DNA of 64,000 nucleotides from positions 42,842,001-42,906,000 of the forward strand of contig NC_042997.1 of the NCBI RefSeq assembly GCF_006345805.1. Reading direction: 5' to 3'. Origin of the DNA: Octopus sinensis. Lineage: Eukaryota. The notes below the pieces were generated by a model. That model was not told the DNA's origin, made no database searches, and was given only the letters and a program-made list of their open reading frames with translations. This document shows positions 25,597 to 38,270 of this stretch, piece after piece. The position numbers were made by a program, and so were the translations under genes. The stretch's first letter is position 1, and each line of letters begins with the position of its first letter.

Positions 25597-25732
25597 ATCC
25601 TTTCTACTATAGGCACAAGGCCTGAAATTTGGGAAAGGAGAATTGACAATTACATCAACCCCAGTGTTCAACTGGTATTTATTATACTGACTCTGGAAGG
25701 ATGAAAGGCAAAGTTGGCTCCAGCGGCATTAC

Positions 25733-25765
<33 letters not shown>

Positions 25766-25978
25766 CCTTTCTATTATAGGCACAAGGCCTGAAATTTGGG
25801 GGAAAGGGATAGTCGATCAGATTGACCCCAGTACTCAACTGGTACTTAATTTATCAACTCCAAAAGGATGAAAGCTAAAGTTGACCTCAGTGCAATTTGA
25901 ACTCAGAATGTAGTGACAGGCGAAATACTGCTAAGCATTTTGCCCAGCATGCTAACAATTCTGCCAGCTTGCCCCCCT

Positions 25979-25980
<2 letters not shown>
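25597..25980 (-). mobile_element. Two adjacent family B SINE copies with (AAT)n ends
   Basis: ATCCTTTCTA.TATAGGCACAAGGCCTGAAATTTGG occurs at about 25597 and 25763, each followed by the Meta-like domain in reverse. Confidence 0.8.
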
Positions 25981-25982
<2 letters not shown>

Positions 25983-26012
<30 letters not shown>

Positions 26013-26463
26013 ACGAACTAGTGAGTTAAGTTTAATGGCCTACCAATGTATACTATGAGTTTCTGTGCCCTAGGAGTCGGGAAGACACTCGGCAAGAAAT
26101 GGAAGCAAATTTGAAAGAAGAAAAATCCATAAATAATAATAATAATAATAATAACAATAATAATAATAATAATGAACAAACTAGTGAGTTAAGTTTAATG
26201 GCCTACCAATGTATACTATGAGTTTCTGTGCCCTAGGAGTCGGGAAGACACTCGGCAAGAAATGGAAGCAAATTTGAAAGAAGAAGAAAAATCCATAAAT
26301 AATAATAATAATAATAATAACAATAATAATAATAATAATGAACAAACTAGTGAGTTAAGTTTAATAGCCTACCAATGTATACTATGAGTTTCTGTGCCCT
26401 AGGAGTCGGGAAGACACTCGGCAAGAAATGGAAGCAAATTTGAAAGAAGAAGAAAAATCCATA

Positions 26464-26516
<53 letters not shown>

Positions 26517-26651
26517 ATGAACTAGTGAGTTAAGTTTAATGGCCTACCAATGTATACTATGAGTTTCTGTGCACTAGGAGTCGGGAAGACACTCGGCAAG
26601 AAATGGAAGCAAATTTGAAAGAAGAAGACAAATCCATAAATAATAATAATA

Positions 26652-26681
<30 letters not shown>
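25983..26681 (+). repeat. Four-unit tandem array: core of about 122 bp separated by (AAT)n
   Basis: Cores start at 26011, 26174, 26340 and 26515 and are nearly identical. Confidence 0.95.
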
Positions 26682-26682
<1 letters not shown>

Positions 26683-27320
26683 CAAATTTTGGAGAAGTAA
26701 GGGAACATGCAACTAAGCTGACCAACCCTTCCACCCAACTATACTTCACTGCAACTTATTTTATTGACCTTGGAATTATAAAAGGCAAAGTCAATTCTTG
26801 TGGGATTTAAACTCAGAATAAAAACAAAATATAATTATAAACATTTTGTAATTTTGCCATTTATCACCACTAATTAATTTCAGGATCTTAAATAAGGTAT
26901 AATTGTACTAGTAATGATACAACCATTTCATTTTGTTCAGAATTAATTTTGCTTAAAGCAAGTTTTATTATTTGCAACAAATGAATTTCAATTATAAAGA
27001 AGTATTGTAAAGAAAAAAAAATGTAATTAATAATAGAAAATTTGAAAAGAAAGTTGAAATCTGGTTAGGGTGTATACTTAAAACAAGAAATCCATTTATC
27101 TTTTACTTATTTCAGTCATTTGATTGTGACCATGCTGGGGCACTGGCTTGAAATGTTTTAGTGGAATGAATCAACCGAAGTAATAATTTCTTTAAAGTCT
27201 GGTACTTATTGCATCAGCCCCTTGTTTTTTAGCTGAACCACTAAGTAACGGGGACATTAACAAACCAACATCAGTAGTCAAGCAGTGGTTGGGGACAAAC
27301 ACAAATACAAACACACACAC

Positions 27321-27367
<47 letters not shown>

Positions 27368-27399
27368 TAATAAATAAAGTAAAACATATGCATATATAT

Positions 27400-27622
27400 A
27401 AACATATATGTACGTACCTACCTCTACATGTACATATACACGCATATATGAGTACAGGACACCAAAGGGACGTCGAACACAATGAGAAACGAAAACAGAC
27501 ACAAACCAAAGGAACTGCACATATATTTAAAAACAGCAAAAAAAGGAGTACAGGACAATTAACACAAAGAAAAAACCCCTTCTTCAGTCGCTAAAGGTTT
27601 CATCTACTCTACGTTTCGAAGG
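27400..27622. mobile_element. (TA)n-embedded repeat fragment, possibly Penelope-like
   Basis: Flanked by (TA)n; internal direct repeat GAGTACAGGACA (27450, 27546); hammerhead half-motifs on the minus strand. Confidence 0.45.
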
Positions 27623-27636
27623 ATATATATATATAT

Positions 27637-27850
27637 ATGGGAGGGGGGGCACTGAAAAGTACTGGGGTACCATGAAAGGTCTGGTTGGAGGCCCAACCTT
27701 CCGACTTCTTTTACAGGGCTTAGAAAAACTGACAGACCACTGCAATAAGTGCGTGAATCTGAGAGGGGGAATGTGTTGAATAAAATCCTTAACTGATCCT
27801 CCTGTATTTTCTAGTTCCCAAAGCAAAGAACTTTTCAGCACCCCCTTGTA
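27637..27850 (+). mobile_element. Mariner-derived MITE
   Basis: TIRs GGGGGCACTGAAAAGT / ACTTTTCAGCACCCCCTTGTA with TA flanks; the internal LQGLEKLTDHCNKCVNLRG resembles a mariner transposase C-terminus. Confidence 0.8.
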
Positions 27851-28574
27851 TTAACGATGGGTTTCTTTCAGTTTCTATCTCTACCAAATCCGTTCACAAG
27901 ACTTTGGTCAGCCCAGGCCTAGAGTAGAAGACACTTGCTGTAAGACTGAACCTGAAACAATATGGTTGAGAAGCAAACTCCTTACCACACAGCCACACTC
28001 ATTTACAGAATTTTGTTGTGGAGCTTTAAAAGTTACTGAAATGAATGTTCGGCCCATTTCACAGTGACCAGAAAGTATTAAGGAGCTATTGTCATAAAAT
28101 ATAGGACACCACATTTACAGTTAGTATGTACTGTACAAGTCGAACACCTAAGACCATCCAACATACACACATATATGCACACACACATGTATGCATACCC
28201 CCTCCACACACCCACACAAATAAACAATGGGAAATATCTATGAAAGAAATCTATATATACCAGAATATTTATATGGAATTAAAGAAAAACCTGACAGACT
28301 TAAAAAGAAACAAAAAAATCACTTAAAAATAGAAAAAGATTGTGTCACACAGGAAAAAATGTAAAGTGTAATAAAAAGAATAATAACCATATTAAAAATA
28401 TAAGTGTAAAAAGTAGAAATATTAGATTAATATCACAAACATTATTAATACAGTTTATGTGTCAATATAGATTCATGATTGAAAGCCAGGTTAACTACCG
28501 AATATATTTACTTAATAGAAACAATAGGAATAATTCTGTTGCTCTTTCACCTGTTTTAGTTATTTATTTACTTA

Positions 28575-28957
28575 CTAGCAGTATCGCCCGGCGTTGCTCA
28601 GGTTTGTAAGGGAAATAACTATAAAGCATTTTTAGAGAGTTATAGCCAAAAAATAGCAAAAAAATGGTAAAAAAATTATGGTAAATTTTTTTGAGAGTTA
28701 AAAAAGGTGGAGTTGCGTCCCCTAGACGGTCTGTGGTTTGGGTTTCTGATTCTTGACCCCATGTCGAATTTATCGATTTTTTTCAGAACTGGGGGAACTT
28801 TTCAAAATTTTCACTGCGTTAGTTTTGAATTACGACATTGGGCTATGTGTGTGTCAAGTTTCATCAGAATCGGTTGAAAGCCGTGGTCAGAGTGAGGGTA
28901 CGAGAAAACAGACACACAGAAAACGCACAGACAAACTGCCGTTTATATAGAGAGAGA
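28575..28957 (-). mobile_element. Non-autonomous Helitron, second subtype
   Basis: Minus-strand 5' TCTCTCTCTATATAAAC; hairpin and CTAG 3' end shared with 2263-2656; A|T target. Confidence 0.85.
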
Positions 28958-29242
28958 TTTATACTTTTCATAGATATTTGACCTTGAAATATTAGCTATA
29001 AAACCTATAACAGCAGAGAAGGACATCTAAACAATAACGAAAACAAGATCATCACCACCAACAAATGTGCTTTCCATGCTGGCATGGGTTAGACAGGATC
29101 TGGTGTAAGCCAACTACTTTACAGAGTGTACTGGGTGCTTTTCTGATGTCACCAGCACTAGGTGGCTTTATGCCAGGTGTTGAAAGGCAAAAGTATGATA
29201 GAGATAAGTACAGTTGTCTTACCATAGAGGAGATACACAGCT

Positions 29243-29668
29243 ACTCTTTACTCTCTTTTTTTTTTTTACTCTTTTTACATGTTTCAGTCATTTGACTGCA
29301 GCCATGCTGGAGCACCACCTTTAGTCGAGCAAATCGACCCCGGGACTTATTCTTTGTAAGCCCAGTACTTATTCTATCGGTCTCTTTTGCCGAACCACTA
29401 AGTGACGGGGACGTAAACACACCAGCATCGGTTGTCAAGCAATGCTAGGGGGACATCACAGACACACAAACATACACACACACATATATATATATATATA
29501 TACATATATACGACAGGCTTCTTTCAGTTTCCGTCTACCAAATCCACTCACAAGGCATTGGTCGGCCTGGGGCTATAGTAGAAGACACTTGCCCAAGATG
29601 CCACACAGTGGGACTGAACCCGGAACCATGTGGTTGGTAAACAAGCTACTTACCACACAGCCACTCCT
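29243..29668 (-). mobile_element. SINE family A
   Basis: Reverse complement of 3831-4238. Confidence 0.92.
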
Positions 29669-29881
29669 GTGCCACATTATATAAAATAAATCATTTCATA
29701 GACATTATTAATGTATCCAGTGTATAGTTTGCAGTTTCAATGACTTTATTTAATGCTTAGATGTAGTTAGGTTGCTTGTAATTGAGATAGATTCATCAGT
29801 CAAATACTACTTTTTTTATTCACAGTATCAGCTCAAGGGGCCACAGTATCAGAGGCATTTTGCTGTACCTTAAGCATAAAG

Positions 29882-30297
29882 TTGCAGACATGGCTGAGTG
29901 GTAAGAAGCTTACTTCCCAACTACAGAGTTCTGGTTTCAGTCCCACTGCATGGTATCTTGGGCAAGTGTCTTCTACTATAGCCACAGATCAAAGTGGATT
30001 TGTTAGACAGAAACTGAAAGAAGCCTGTCATGTGTGTGTGTGTGTGTGTGTATTTATATATGTATATATTTATGTGTGTCTGTATTTGTCCCCCCCTACC
30101 CCCACCGTCACTTGACAACCGATGCTGGCGTTTTTATGTCCCTGTAATTTAGCGGTTCAGCAAAATAAACCCAAAGAATAACTACTAGTTTTACATAGAA
30201 CAAGTTCTGGGATCGATTTCTTCAACTAAAACCCTTTAAGGTGGTGCTCCAGTATGGCCATAGTCAAATGACTGAAACAAGTTAAAGAATAAAAGAA
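29882..30297 (+). mobile_element. SINE family A, diverged
   Basis: Full layout recognisable. Confidence 0.85.
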
Positions 30298-30759
30298 TGC
30301 CGCAATTTCCAGTATCCAAACACACTGGTGTAAAATATAAAAAGTAGGGTTCAGCTATTTGGCTGAGGACACAGCCAACAACTGAGCCTCTATAAGGTCA
30401 AAATACCCTTCGGACTACAAAAAAATATGGGATCACTATGGGTAGAGTGCTTTTCCTCAAGTTCTACATGATCAGCGCTGAGGCTAAATAACATGAAGAG
30501 ACAGTATAGATAAGAGTGAAATAGCACATAAAATGCCCTCACCAGCCCCGCTTTGTAAAATACTATGATAATAGGAAAATGCTGAAGATTCTATCAAAAC
30601 TATTCTTACTTTTAGTAGACATTCAAATAAAATTATCTACTGGCACAGTTTCATCACAAAAATTTGTTTCAGAGAGGTCGTTAAGTCAAACAACAAATTC
30701 AAAAATACACTTGAACTTGATGTGAAGAGTTGATATGGGAAGAGAGCAAAAACATTCTA

Positions 30760-31188
30760 TTTTAATGCCAACCCACTTAAGACCATCCCTACTTCTAGGA
30801 TATAAAATTCCTGTTTTAAAGTGATTCCAAAGCCTGCCATCAAAATTCCATGTTGACTTATGTTCCAAACATTAGTCTAACCCTTTAGCATTCGTATTAT
30901 TCAGTCAAATGTAATACTTATTTATTCACATTGTTTTGAATTAATCAAGCACTATCTTATGGCTTCAAGATCTTGATGTAATTATTTTTAGAATGGCATT
31001 ATAGGATAAGTATAAGATGTTGGATCAGGCCAGTTGGAACATAAAAGGGACAGAATATTTTGGCCACATATGGCCAATTTAAATGCTAAAAGGTTAATGA
31101 TGACAAAGCTATTTTGTTAAATTCATTATTTTTCAAAATTAATCGAAAGGCAGTGTATTTCAACAGAAATATGGTAACAAAAGGGTTA
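30760..31188. mobile_element. Nested piggyBac-like MITEs (inner element 30881-31093)
   Basis: The inner copy matches 18108-18328 and is flanked by CTAA/TTAA; the outer element ends GGTAACAAAAGGG-TTAA and its left part resembles 14640-14735. Confidence 0.68.
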
Positions 31189-31261
31189 AAGTAGTCTTTG
31201 AATACATACAAAGTGTGAAATACAAAGATTTGTGTTTGTCAGTTGTAAAATCTATAAAGAA

Positions 31262-31660
31262 CTAGCAGTATCGCCTGGCGTTGCTCGGGTTTGTAAGGGA
31301 AATAACTATATAAGCATTTTTAGAGATGTAAAGTATAATAGCCATCTCAATATGGCTAACCACAAAGGGGGGGTGTTACTGTAGCTTTTTACTTTCTGAG
31401 ATTTAATAATACATTTTTAGAGAGTTACTTCCCTTATATAATAGCAAAAAAATGCATTAAAAATGGGAAAATATGATGGTAAATTTTTTTTTAAATCGTA
31501 GACTCATCGTAGACACGCGCTAATACCCAGAAGGGCTCGATATGAATCACGACTATAAGATACCCGGTTTTGGTTAAACTGCACCGCAAAATGTGGGAGT
31601 AGTTAGGAATCTAAATCGTAGGAAACAGACAGCACACAACCTCACTTTTATATATAAAGA
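31262..31660 (-). mobile_element. Non-autonomous Helitron
   Basis: Reverse complement of 2263-2656 with intact TC...CTAG ends and A|T target. Confidence 0.9.
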
Positions 31661-32029
31661 TTTCTACTGAACCAATTAATGTATTTCTACCGAAAGAATG
31701 ATAACATGTCAAAGACGTAAAAAACAAGATTTACTTAAAACTCAATGAGAATCCTTAGAAAAACAAATGTCGTAATTACATTAATGTAACAATTTACTAT
31801 TTAGTAAATTTTAATCATTTCAATAATTTTGTCTTTTTTTTTTTCCATAATATTGTTTCCTTTTCTTTTGTTTTTGGCATCTTTTGCCTATGTAGGTGTA
31901 CTGGATATTGAAAGTTAAGCCATTGCCTAAGTAACAGCAGAATGCTTGTGACACTGGTGCCCTTTGAACTGATGAAAAACAAGGAAGAAAAATTGAACAA
32001 AGAAATTAAAAGTTTGCATGTGTGTGTGT

Positions 32030-32075
<46 letters not shown>

Positions 32076-32593
32076 CGAGGGTGCACATGTATGTGTGCAC
32101 ACACCTGTGGTTTCTACTTAGTAACAAATGACAAAGCAAATAACAGAAGTGAAACAATAGAGAAAATTATATGGCAATGTACATATACTGTGCAAATGAA
32201 GCCATCCTTTGTCTATGAGGATCAAATGAGTTCTTGTAAACAGAGATAGCAAATGAAAAGAAAGGAATCTATCATTGTTTCAACTGCTTTGAATTGATGA
32301 CCTTTCAAAGACAAAACTGAAAAAAACCCCAAAAAACAGACAATGAGACTCAAATAAGGTCAGCAGGGCCTGACTAACTACAGCAGCAAATATTTTAGTA
32401 ACCATCAGGAGAGAAGATCTCAGATATGTTGCAAACCAATGCACATATAGATAGAAAAAAAAAAAAGGAAAAAAAGCACAGTCCTACATTCTGTTGGCTT
32501 ATATAACAGTATCATCATTCATTATCAGTGTTTCAACTCAGAATGTCCAGGTTTCTCAGTTCAAATCCAGCTGCAGTCAACTTTATATTTCAC

Positions 32594-33000
32594 TTACTCT
32601 TTTTTACTCTTTCACTTGTTTCAGTCATTTGACTGCGGCCATGCTGGAGCACCGCCTTTAGTCGAGCAAATCGACCCCGGGACTTATTCTTTGTAAGCCC
32701 AGTACTTATTCTATCGGTCTCTTTTTGCCGAACCGCTAAGTGACGGGGACGTAAACACACCAGCATCAGTTGTCAAGCAATGCTAGGGGGACAAACACAG
32801 ACACACAAACATGCATATGTATATATACATATATACAACAGGCTTCTTTCAGTTTCCGTCTACCAAATCCACTCACAAGGCATTGGTCCGCCCGGGGCTA
32901 TAGCAGAAGACACTTGCCCAAGATACCATACAGTGGGACTGAACCCGGAACCATGTGGTTGGTTAGCAAGCTACTTACCACACAACCACTCCTGTGCCTA
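32594..33000 (-). mobile_element. SINE family A
   Basis: Reverse complement of 3831-4238. Confidence 0.92.
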
Positions 33001-33392
33001 CTTCTCTAGGATAATTTTTAAAAAAATACTGTTAATGGATCAATTTGACTGATTATATGCTGCTTTCTACCAAAATTAGTGTCATGTCTAAATAAGAACA
33101 ATGGAAGACTGAAAGGAATCCTTTAGCAATTCTCAGTTTCATCCCTCTTCTAAGTCTCAATCTTACTTTTTGCTTCATGACAGTCAGATGGAAAAAGCAA
33201 TGCTGAATTCATAAGACATCATTACCATTATTACCATTATTATGGTGGCAAAAAAACCGAAATGATAGAATACAAGATAACATTCCATTGTTGTTTGGCA
33301 TTTAATGTTCAAACATGGTCAAAGCCAAATTACACCATTTCTCTAGAGATGATGAAATACTGGCAACATACTAAACTGAATTCAGAAGAGTA

Positions 33393-33797
33393 GGGATGGC
33401 TATGTGATTAAGAAGTTCATTTCCCAACCATGTGGTTTCAGGTTCAGTCCCATTGTATGACACCTTAGGAAAGTGTCTTCTACTATAGCCCTGGGTCAGT
33501 CAAAGCTTTGTGAGTGAATATGATAGACAGAAACTGACAGAAGCCTGTTGTGCAAATGTGTCTGTGTGTCACCTCGTCTTGACATACAATAATTATAAAT
33601 GACCTTCACTGTCATCCAGGTGATGTCCCTTGTTTCCAGTAGTCTGTATAAACATACCCAACCATAAGAAAATATAACTTTGCCTGGAAACAGGTAAGTG
33701 TTGATGGCAAGAATGGCATCCAGCCATAGAAAATGTGCTTCAGTGAATTCCATCTAATTCGTGAAAGCATGGTAAAGTGGACATTAAACTAATGATG
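33393..33797 (+). mobile_element. SINE family A variant with an RTE-like tail
   Basis: Same layout as 9249-9643; ends GTGGACATTAAACTAATGATG. Confidence 0.72.
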
Positions 33798-34643
33798 AAA
33801 GCACTCCTCTGACAAAAGAGAAAAAGAACTTGGTCTTATACTTAAGAAACCATTACAATGCAAAGGTAATAAAAAAAAAAATACAGCCTGAGGAAACTGG
33901 TGGTTGTTTATCAGTAAAATTATAGAGTGAAGTACATGAGTTTGCATAAATTTGAATATATTACTTCCTGTTTAAGTGTGCTCTTACAAAATAGTACTTA
34001 TTTATGCATTAGAATGCGCAGTTCGTGACTTGGGATAGAATCCAATGTTTTGAATGTGCACCTCCCTTGTAGAGAGCAATTTTCTCCCTCAGACCAAAGT
34101 CTACAATCAACAGATTTCTATTCTCCCCAGGGAATATAAAATTTATCAAAACTCATGAACTTCACATCATAATGGCTGCGTTAAACAGGAAGCAATGAAT
34201 TAATTTTTGTTTTTATGTTTCTTTCTTAATTTAGCAAATAATACAACAAAAGAGGTTTTACAAAATGAAATTTTATTTACTTTGACCACGAGTTTTAGGC
34301 AACGCGGAATGAAATTACCACTCTTTAAACATGATCAGATTATTCATTTCCTAGTGTGATATAAAATGAGTGCTAAATATTTTCAACACTATACAGATTT
34401 TTGGGTCTACAAATAAGTGTCTGTGTGTGTGTATGTATGTTTATATATATATATATATATTCATCTCATCATCATTTAGCATTTGTCTTCCTGGTGGATG
34501 GCATGGGTCGTGCAGTTTGACCTGGTCTCTAGGGCTGGATGCCCTTCGTAATGCCAACTGCTTTACAAAGTGTATTTTGTTGTGGCACTGGTACTAGTGA
34601 GTTCATCAAGTAACATGTAACACCACTTGACTGAGTAATATAT

Positions 34644-34727
<84 letters not shown>

Positions 34728-34848
34728 TTAATAAGGGTGAGAGAATTAGATACTAATTTAATAGTATATTTATTCAACACCAAGTGGCCTAGTGCTACGA
34801 GAAACCTGGATTATTATAATATTTTATAACATATTATAATATTTTTAC

Positions 34849-35136
34849 AAAATAAATATAAGAGAGTGGTCACTATATTGCTCACTCTAGCACCAGTTAA
34901 TCCAAAAGGTTTCAACCACGAAAATACATGTTTCCCATGAAAGCCAGTACGACTGTTAGCTCACACGGACAGGGCAAGTAAAAAATAACAAAATAGTTAT
35001 TTTTTACTTGCCCTGTCCGTGTGAGCTAACAGTCGTACTGGCTTTCATGGGAAACATGTATTTTCGTGGTTGAAACCTTTTGGATTAACTGGTGCTAGAG
35101 TGAGCAATATAGTGACCACTCTCTTATATTTATTTT
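34849..35136. repeat. Perfect inverted repeat with 141-bp arms and a 6-nt spacer
   Basis: 34849-34989 is the reverse complement of 34996-35136; the loop is AAAATA; the block lies between (TA)n tracts. Confidence 0.95.
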
Positions 35137-35349
35137 ATATATATATATATATATTTGTTGTGTTTTTGCAGAATGGAGAGTGGTTAAGAAGTTTGTTTTG
35201 CAATCAAAAGGCCCCAGGTTCAATAACATAGCAAGGCATCGTGGGTAAATGCCTTTTATCAAAGCTTCAGGGAAAACTGAGCTATTTGAATGAAATAAGG
35301 AAGATAGAAACTGTTGAGATAGAAACTGAGATGGACACTAACTGTAACT

Positions 35350-35960
35350 TGGTGAAAACAAGTGTAGGTACTCTCAGTATTAGTAAAGCTTTCAACTTTG
35401 TCTGGCAGAGAAATCTAATGAAAAACTGTCTGTCACTTGACTTCTGTCAGATCACTGCATTACAATATGTGCAAATGGAACTGTCACTGACCCATACTAT
35501 CAACTCTGGTATGCTCCAGACTTTGGTTTTTGTCTTCAATAATCTTCCACACAAACATCAACAAACCTTCATTATTCAATAAACTTCCACATCCAAGTAC
35601 CATCTTTATCAAGAAATCTCATCAAATTTGCACAATACTCCAGGAAGAAGAAACACCTTGAAAATATCATCCAATGGGTGGCTCATGTTAATTTGTCTTC
35701 ATCAAAAGCACAATCACTGTACATATCAAGAAAACATTATTTCACTTTACACCACCCTAAACAAAACACTACACAACTACATCCCGCATGGCTGCTACAA
35801 GTGCCAGGGCGCAACATCACTGAAGATCTTACTTGGCAAATACATCCTCATCATAGCTGAAATGATATCATAAATACTGGCTTTCCTTGTCAGAAACAGA
35901 AAACACTTCACCTCCAACTGCTACTCACTCTCTGCAAAACCCAAGTATACCTGTGATATT
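35350..35960 (+). pseudogene. Highly decayed Jockey/CR1-group LINE RT fragment
   Basis: LSISKAFNFVWQRNL (DISKAFDRVWH-like) and INSGMLQ (SGVPQG-like) are followed by an LGFL.RNRKHF-like segment. Confidence 0.6.
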
Positions 35961-36803
35961 TAGACAGGGGAGTAAAAATTAAATCTTGCCATTTACCATA
36001 ATCTCTAAGTCAACTCCAACATGTATGTCATGGTTGCAGCTAGAGTCCTAATTAAACAGCAAATATTGATTTAAAAAAAATTATTATAAGTAGTATCAAT
36101 ACTATGGTACTCTTCATTCATTTTTTGCAGTCATCTCACTGAAATGGCTTCAACTTTTACCCAACACCAATTAGCAAAGATAGTAACAGATATAGCAAAA
36201 AAGAAACAACAAATCATGCCCCACCCCTACCATATGGTAAGCACAATCAATCACCTTTAGTAACACTCCAAAGATCTCCAATAATGACAAGGAAAATACT
36301 TTATAATGATTCAGAATATTATTAGTTATGCCCCAGATAAATTCTCTTGATACCTCTTACAATTACTTAAAATCCTTTTGAGACAGACACAAAAACCAGT
36401 AGCTGCAATCTATAAATATTTCAATGTCAAAGTTTGGTTAGCTTTAACAAAGTGAATTTAATAAGTGTTGGGGAGCTTAGTTAGGCTGAATAACTGATAC
36501 GGGATATCGAAATATAAAGGTTAATTTGGTATCATATAGTTACCAGTTTTTATGAGACTTCTAAAATGATTTGTAAGAAGAGCTGGGTACAAATGAATTG
36601 AGGTCTAAAAGGTTCTAGTGATCAATACGTATAAAGGTAGAAGAATACGGGAAGGCTGCAGCAAATAAATAAAGTGTAAAAGAATTCTTGTGCAAACCTT
36701 TTGTTCTTAGAATCAAGACTATCTGAAACCTGTTTACTAAGATGTAATACTAGATTAGTATGGAAAAGGTTTTAAATATATCTTTAAAGTTGCACATAAA
36801 GTT

Positions 36804-37702
36804 GTGCATACTCGACAGAGCATTAGTGCATACTCGACAGTGTTAGTACCCTGAGAGAAATGTTGGACCTAAGAAGCATCAGTTGTGGTGTGCAAGAAAG
36901 ACGATTGCGCTGGTATGGTCATGTGGCGAGAATGGATGAAGATAGGTGTGTGAAAAAGTGCCAATCCCTAGCAGTGGAGGGAACCCGTGGAAGAGGTAGA
37001 CCCAGGAAAACCTGGGACGAGGTGGTGAAGCACGACCTTCGAACTTTAGGTCTCACTGAGGAAATGACCAGCGACCGAGACCTTTGGAAATATGCTGTGC
37101 GTGAAAAGACCAGGCAGGACAAGTGAGTCCAGCCCACTTATGCATGCCCTTCCTCCCTTGGACACACAAAGACCTGTTGAGGCAAGCGAAGTCGATATCG
37201 AACCTCATCCGACGACAGGCACCTATGCCAACCACCTCTGCTTGCGAAGACATGTTGGGGCAAGTGAAATCGAAATCGAAATTGAACCAATCCTATGACT
37301 GGCACCCGGCAGATGCCAGGACCCCTGGACTGGAGATACGTAAAAAGCACTATCCAAATCGTGGCCGATGCCAGCGCCGCCTCGACTGGCTTCCGTGCCA
37401 GTGGCACGTAAAAAGCACCAGCTGAAGCCAGTGCCGCCTCGACTGGCTTCTGTGCCGGTGGCACGTAAAATGCACCAATCCGACCGTGGCCAATGCCAGC
37501 CTTGCCTGGCACCAGTGCAGGTGGCACGTAAAAAGCACCCACTACACTCACGGAGTGGTTGGCGTTAGGAAGGGCATCCAGCTGTAGAAACATTGCCAGA
37601 TAAGACTGGAGCCTGGTGCAGCCTTCTGGCTTCCCAGATCCCCTGTCGAACCGTCCAACCCATGCTAGCATGGAGAACGGACGTTAAACGATGATGATGA
37701 TG
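36804..37702 (+). mobile_element. Young 5'-truncated RTE LINE: ORF C-terminus to 37126, full 3' UTR, (GAT)n tail
   Basis: RRLRWYGHVARM...RGRGRPRKTW is the RTE C-terminal signature; TSD AAAGTT (36798-36803 / 37703-37708). Confidence 0.93.
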
Positions 37703-37872
37703 AAAGTTATACTCAAGCAACTTTAAGTAAACATCCAACAACCAAGAATAAAGGGAATAATTACCAACGAATATAAAAATTGTAAGATGAAAGTAAATGA
37801 TACGGCTTTATTCATTAGCTAGATCAATGTCTGCCAAATATTTTTTTTAATTCATTATACTTTGGCTCTTAA

Positions 37873-38270
37873 GGTGGCGAGCTGGCAGGAACGTTAGCAT
37901 GCTGGGTGAAATGCTTAGCGGTATTTTGTTTGTCACTATGTTCTGAGTTCAAATTCCACTGAGGTTGACTTTGCCTTTCATCCTTTCGGGGTCGATAAAT
38001 TAAGTACCAATTACGCACTGGGGTCAACGTAATCGACTTAATACCTATGTCTGTCCTTGTTTGTCCCCTCTATGTTTAGCCCCTTGTGGGTAATAAAGAA
38101 ATAGGTATTTTGTCTGCCACTATGTTCTGAGTTCAAATTCCACTGAGGTTGATTTTGCCTTTCATCCTTTCGGGGTTGATAAATTTAGTACCAGTTGCAT
38201 ACTGTGGTCAATCTAATTGACTGGCCCCACCTCCCCAAAAATTTCAGGCCTCGTGCCTAGAGAAGAAAAG
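37873..38270 (+). mobile_element. SINE family B with a duplicated B-box/Meta segment
   Basis: GGTATTTTGT.TG.CACTATGTTCTGAGTTCAAATTCC...GTACCA occurs at about 37920 and again at about 38104. Confidence 0.85.

Larger units (their letters stand above)
27100..28000 (-). mobile_element. Diverged SINE family A whose central (TA)n hosts two nested insertions
   Basis: Body at 27100-27320 and head at 27855-28000. Confidence 0.75.

Noticed and set aside
25983-26681. CRISPR-like repeat-spacer array
   Set aside because: The repeats are about 122 bp, the spacers are (AAT)n, there are no cas genes and the context is eukaryotic.
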